DNA of 32,000 bases from an uncultured Chloroflexia bacterium (GTDB lineage: Bacteria > Chloroflexota > Ktedonobacteria > Ktedonobacterales > JADMIN01): positions 120,001 to 152,000 of the forward strand of contig CAVRAI010000001.1 in the NCBI GenBank assembly GCA_963718915.1, given 5' to 3'. Positions 31,345-32,000 of this stretch are shown here, in pieces. Every line of letters begins with the position of its first letter. Within the stretch, counting starts at the first letter, position 1. Position numbers and translations under genes: made by a program. The notes under the pieces were generated by a model. It saw nothing but the letters and a program-made list of their open reading frames with translations. It searched no databases and was not told the DNA's origin.

Positions 31345-32000
31345 TCCTGCCCTCCCGTAGCCAGTCGTCGTGTATTGACGACGGCCATGCTATACGCCTC
31401 ATCGTCGGTGAATCCCGCCGCAAGCAGTTGGTCGACCATCAGGGCAAGCCCATCCTCGATAGGCGGATTCTCTGGCTGGCCGAGGTCCGTGGACAGAAAC
31501 GAGTGTTCCACCCCAGTTGCGCGGATATTGGCGAACATGCGCTCCCAGGGAACTTTGCCCGTGTAGGCGGGCGTGAAGCACCGTTCGAGGTACGCCCCCT
31601 GCCGCGCCAGCGCTACCTGGTCGTCAGCGGAGAGATTCTGCGAGGGATACTCCGGGTGAGTGATGATGATGTCAATCACCCCCTTATCGCGTGCCGCCGC
31701 GACGACGGCGAATATCTCGTCGCGCGCCAGATGGCCCGTCGCCAGAACCAGCCGATGCCGCACGATGGATCGCAGCACGCGTCGCACCTCAGGAAGTATA
31801 GCGCCCGTCTCATCGGTCACGCGAACTGGCTCGCCGCCGATCCCCTGCTCGCGCAGCTCCTGCTGCAAGCGCGCCCATTGCGGCTGTCTGGCGCCCGGTG
31901 GCAGCGACGTATGACCAGACATCTCATTAGCGCTATCAAAGGTCGGCATCCAGACGATACGCGCGCCCTCACGCGCCGCGATTTCGACGGCCACATCATT
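31341..32000 (-). CDS. Amidohydrolase-fold (TIM-barrel) metal-dependent hydrolase, C-terminal part; gene continues past window end
   Basis: The frame is open to position 32000 (the track start at 31994 is only an internal GTG). IIITHPEY and FLSTDLGQ resemble the late His and Asp metal ligands of amidohydrolase-fold proteins. Confidence 0.6.
   Translation of the reverse strand, partial: NDVAVEIAAREGARIVWMPTFDSANEMSGHTSLPPGARQPQWARLQQELREQGIGGEPVRVTDETGAILPEVRRVLRSIVRHRLVLATGHLARDEIFAVVAAARDKGVIDIIITHPEYPSQNLSADDQVALARQGAYLERCFTPAYTGKVPWERMFANIRATGVEHSFLSTDLGQPENPPIEDGLALMVDQLLAAGFTDDEAYSMAVVNTRRLATGGQE

Noticed and set aside
1-32000. tRNA, rRNA, tmRNA, integrase, transposase and reverse transcriptase genes
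   Set aside because: Scanning both strands by eye, I found no cloverleaf-compatible T-loop or anticodon arrangement. No product has the catalytic motifs of tyrosine or serine recombinases, DDE transposases or reverse transcriptases. A tRNAscan or Rfam run is still needed for certainty.

Overview
High-GC bacterial chromosomal window (sampled 60-nt lines reach 45/60 G+C). It is densely coding. I recognised no rRNA, tRNA, CRISPR array, transposase or integrase. Layout: (1) 1-4.6 kb holds the 5' end of a family III CoA-transferase, a short phage terminase remnant, an antitoxin/PIN-toxin pair, two small hypotheticals, an S51 peptidase and an IclR regulator. (2) 4.8-16.1 kb holds an amidohydrolase plus quinone-oxidoreductase-like operon, a GNAT plus membrane-protein pair, a PD40-repeat lipoprotein, a zur-ZIP zinc operon with a double palindromic operator, a second antitoxin/PIN cassette flanked by 32-bp direct repeats, an LLM oxidoreductase, a split uppP, and an alpha/beta hydrolase. 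(3) 16.2-27.1 kb is a visibly lower-GC block (sampled lines 23/60 and 29/60 G+C). It carries four same-strand genes for membrane-associated proteins: a TM-anchored Rossmann/tubulin-like protein, its soluble paralog, a polytopic membrane protein, and a NACHT P-loop NTPase embedded between two TM bundles. Two tandem paralogous vWA-like lipoproteins are transcribed divergently from these. This block is my best candidate for an undescribed system. (4) 27.1-32 kb is an aromatic-catabolism-like cluster: benzoylformate decarboxylase-like ThDP enzyme, Zn-ADH, RraA/HMG-aldolase-like, PIG-L/GalB-like and an amidohydrolase-fold protein. Other notable signals: two paralogous promoter-operator modules that share a TGTCCG-N5-CGGACA core, and a 10-bp x4 tandem array carrying the same heptamer. 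There are also three apparent frame disruptions, in the CoA-transferase start, the PIN C-terminus and mid-uppP. All functional calls rest on motif recognition by eye. No database search was run.
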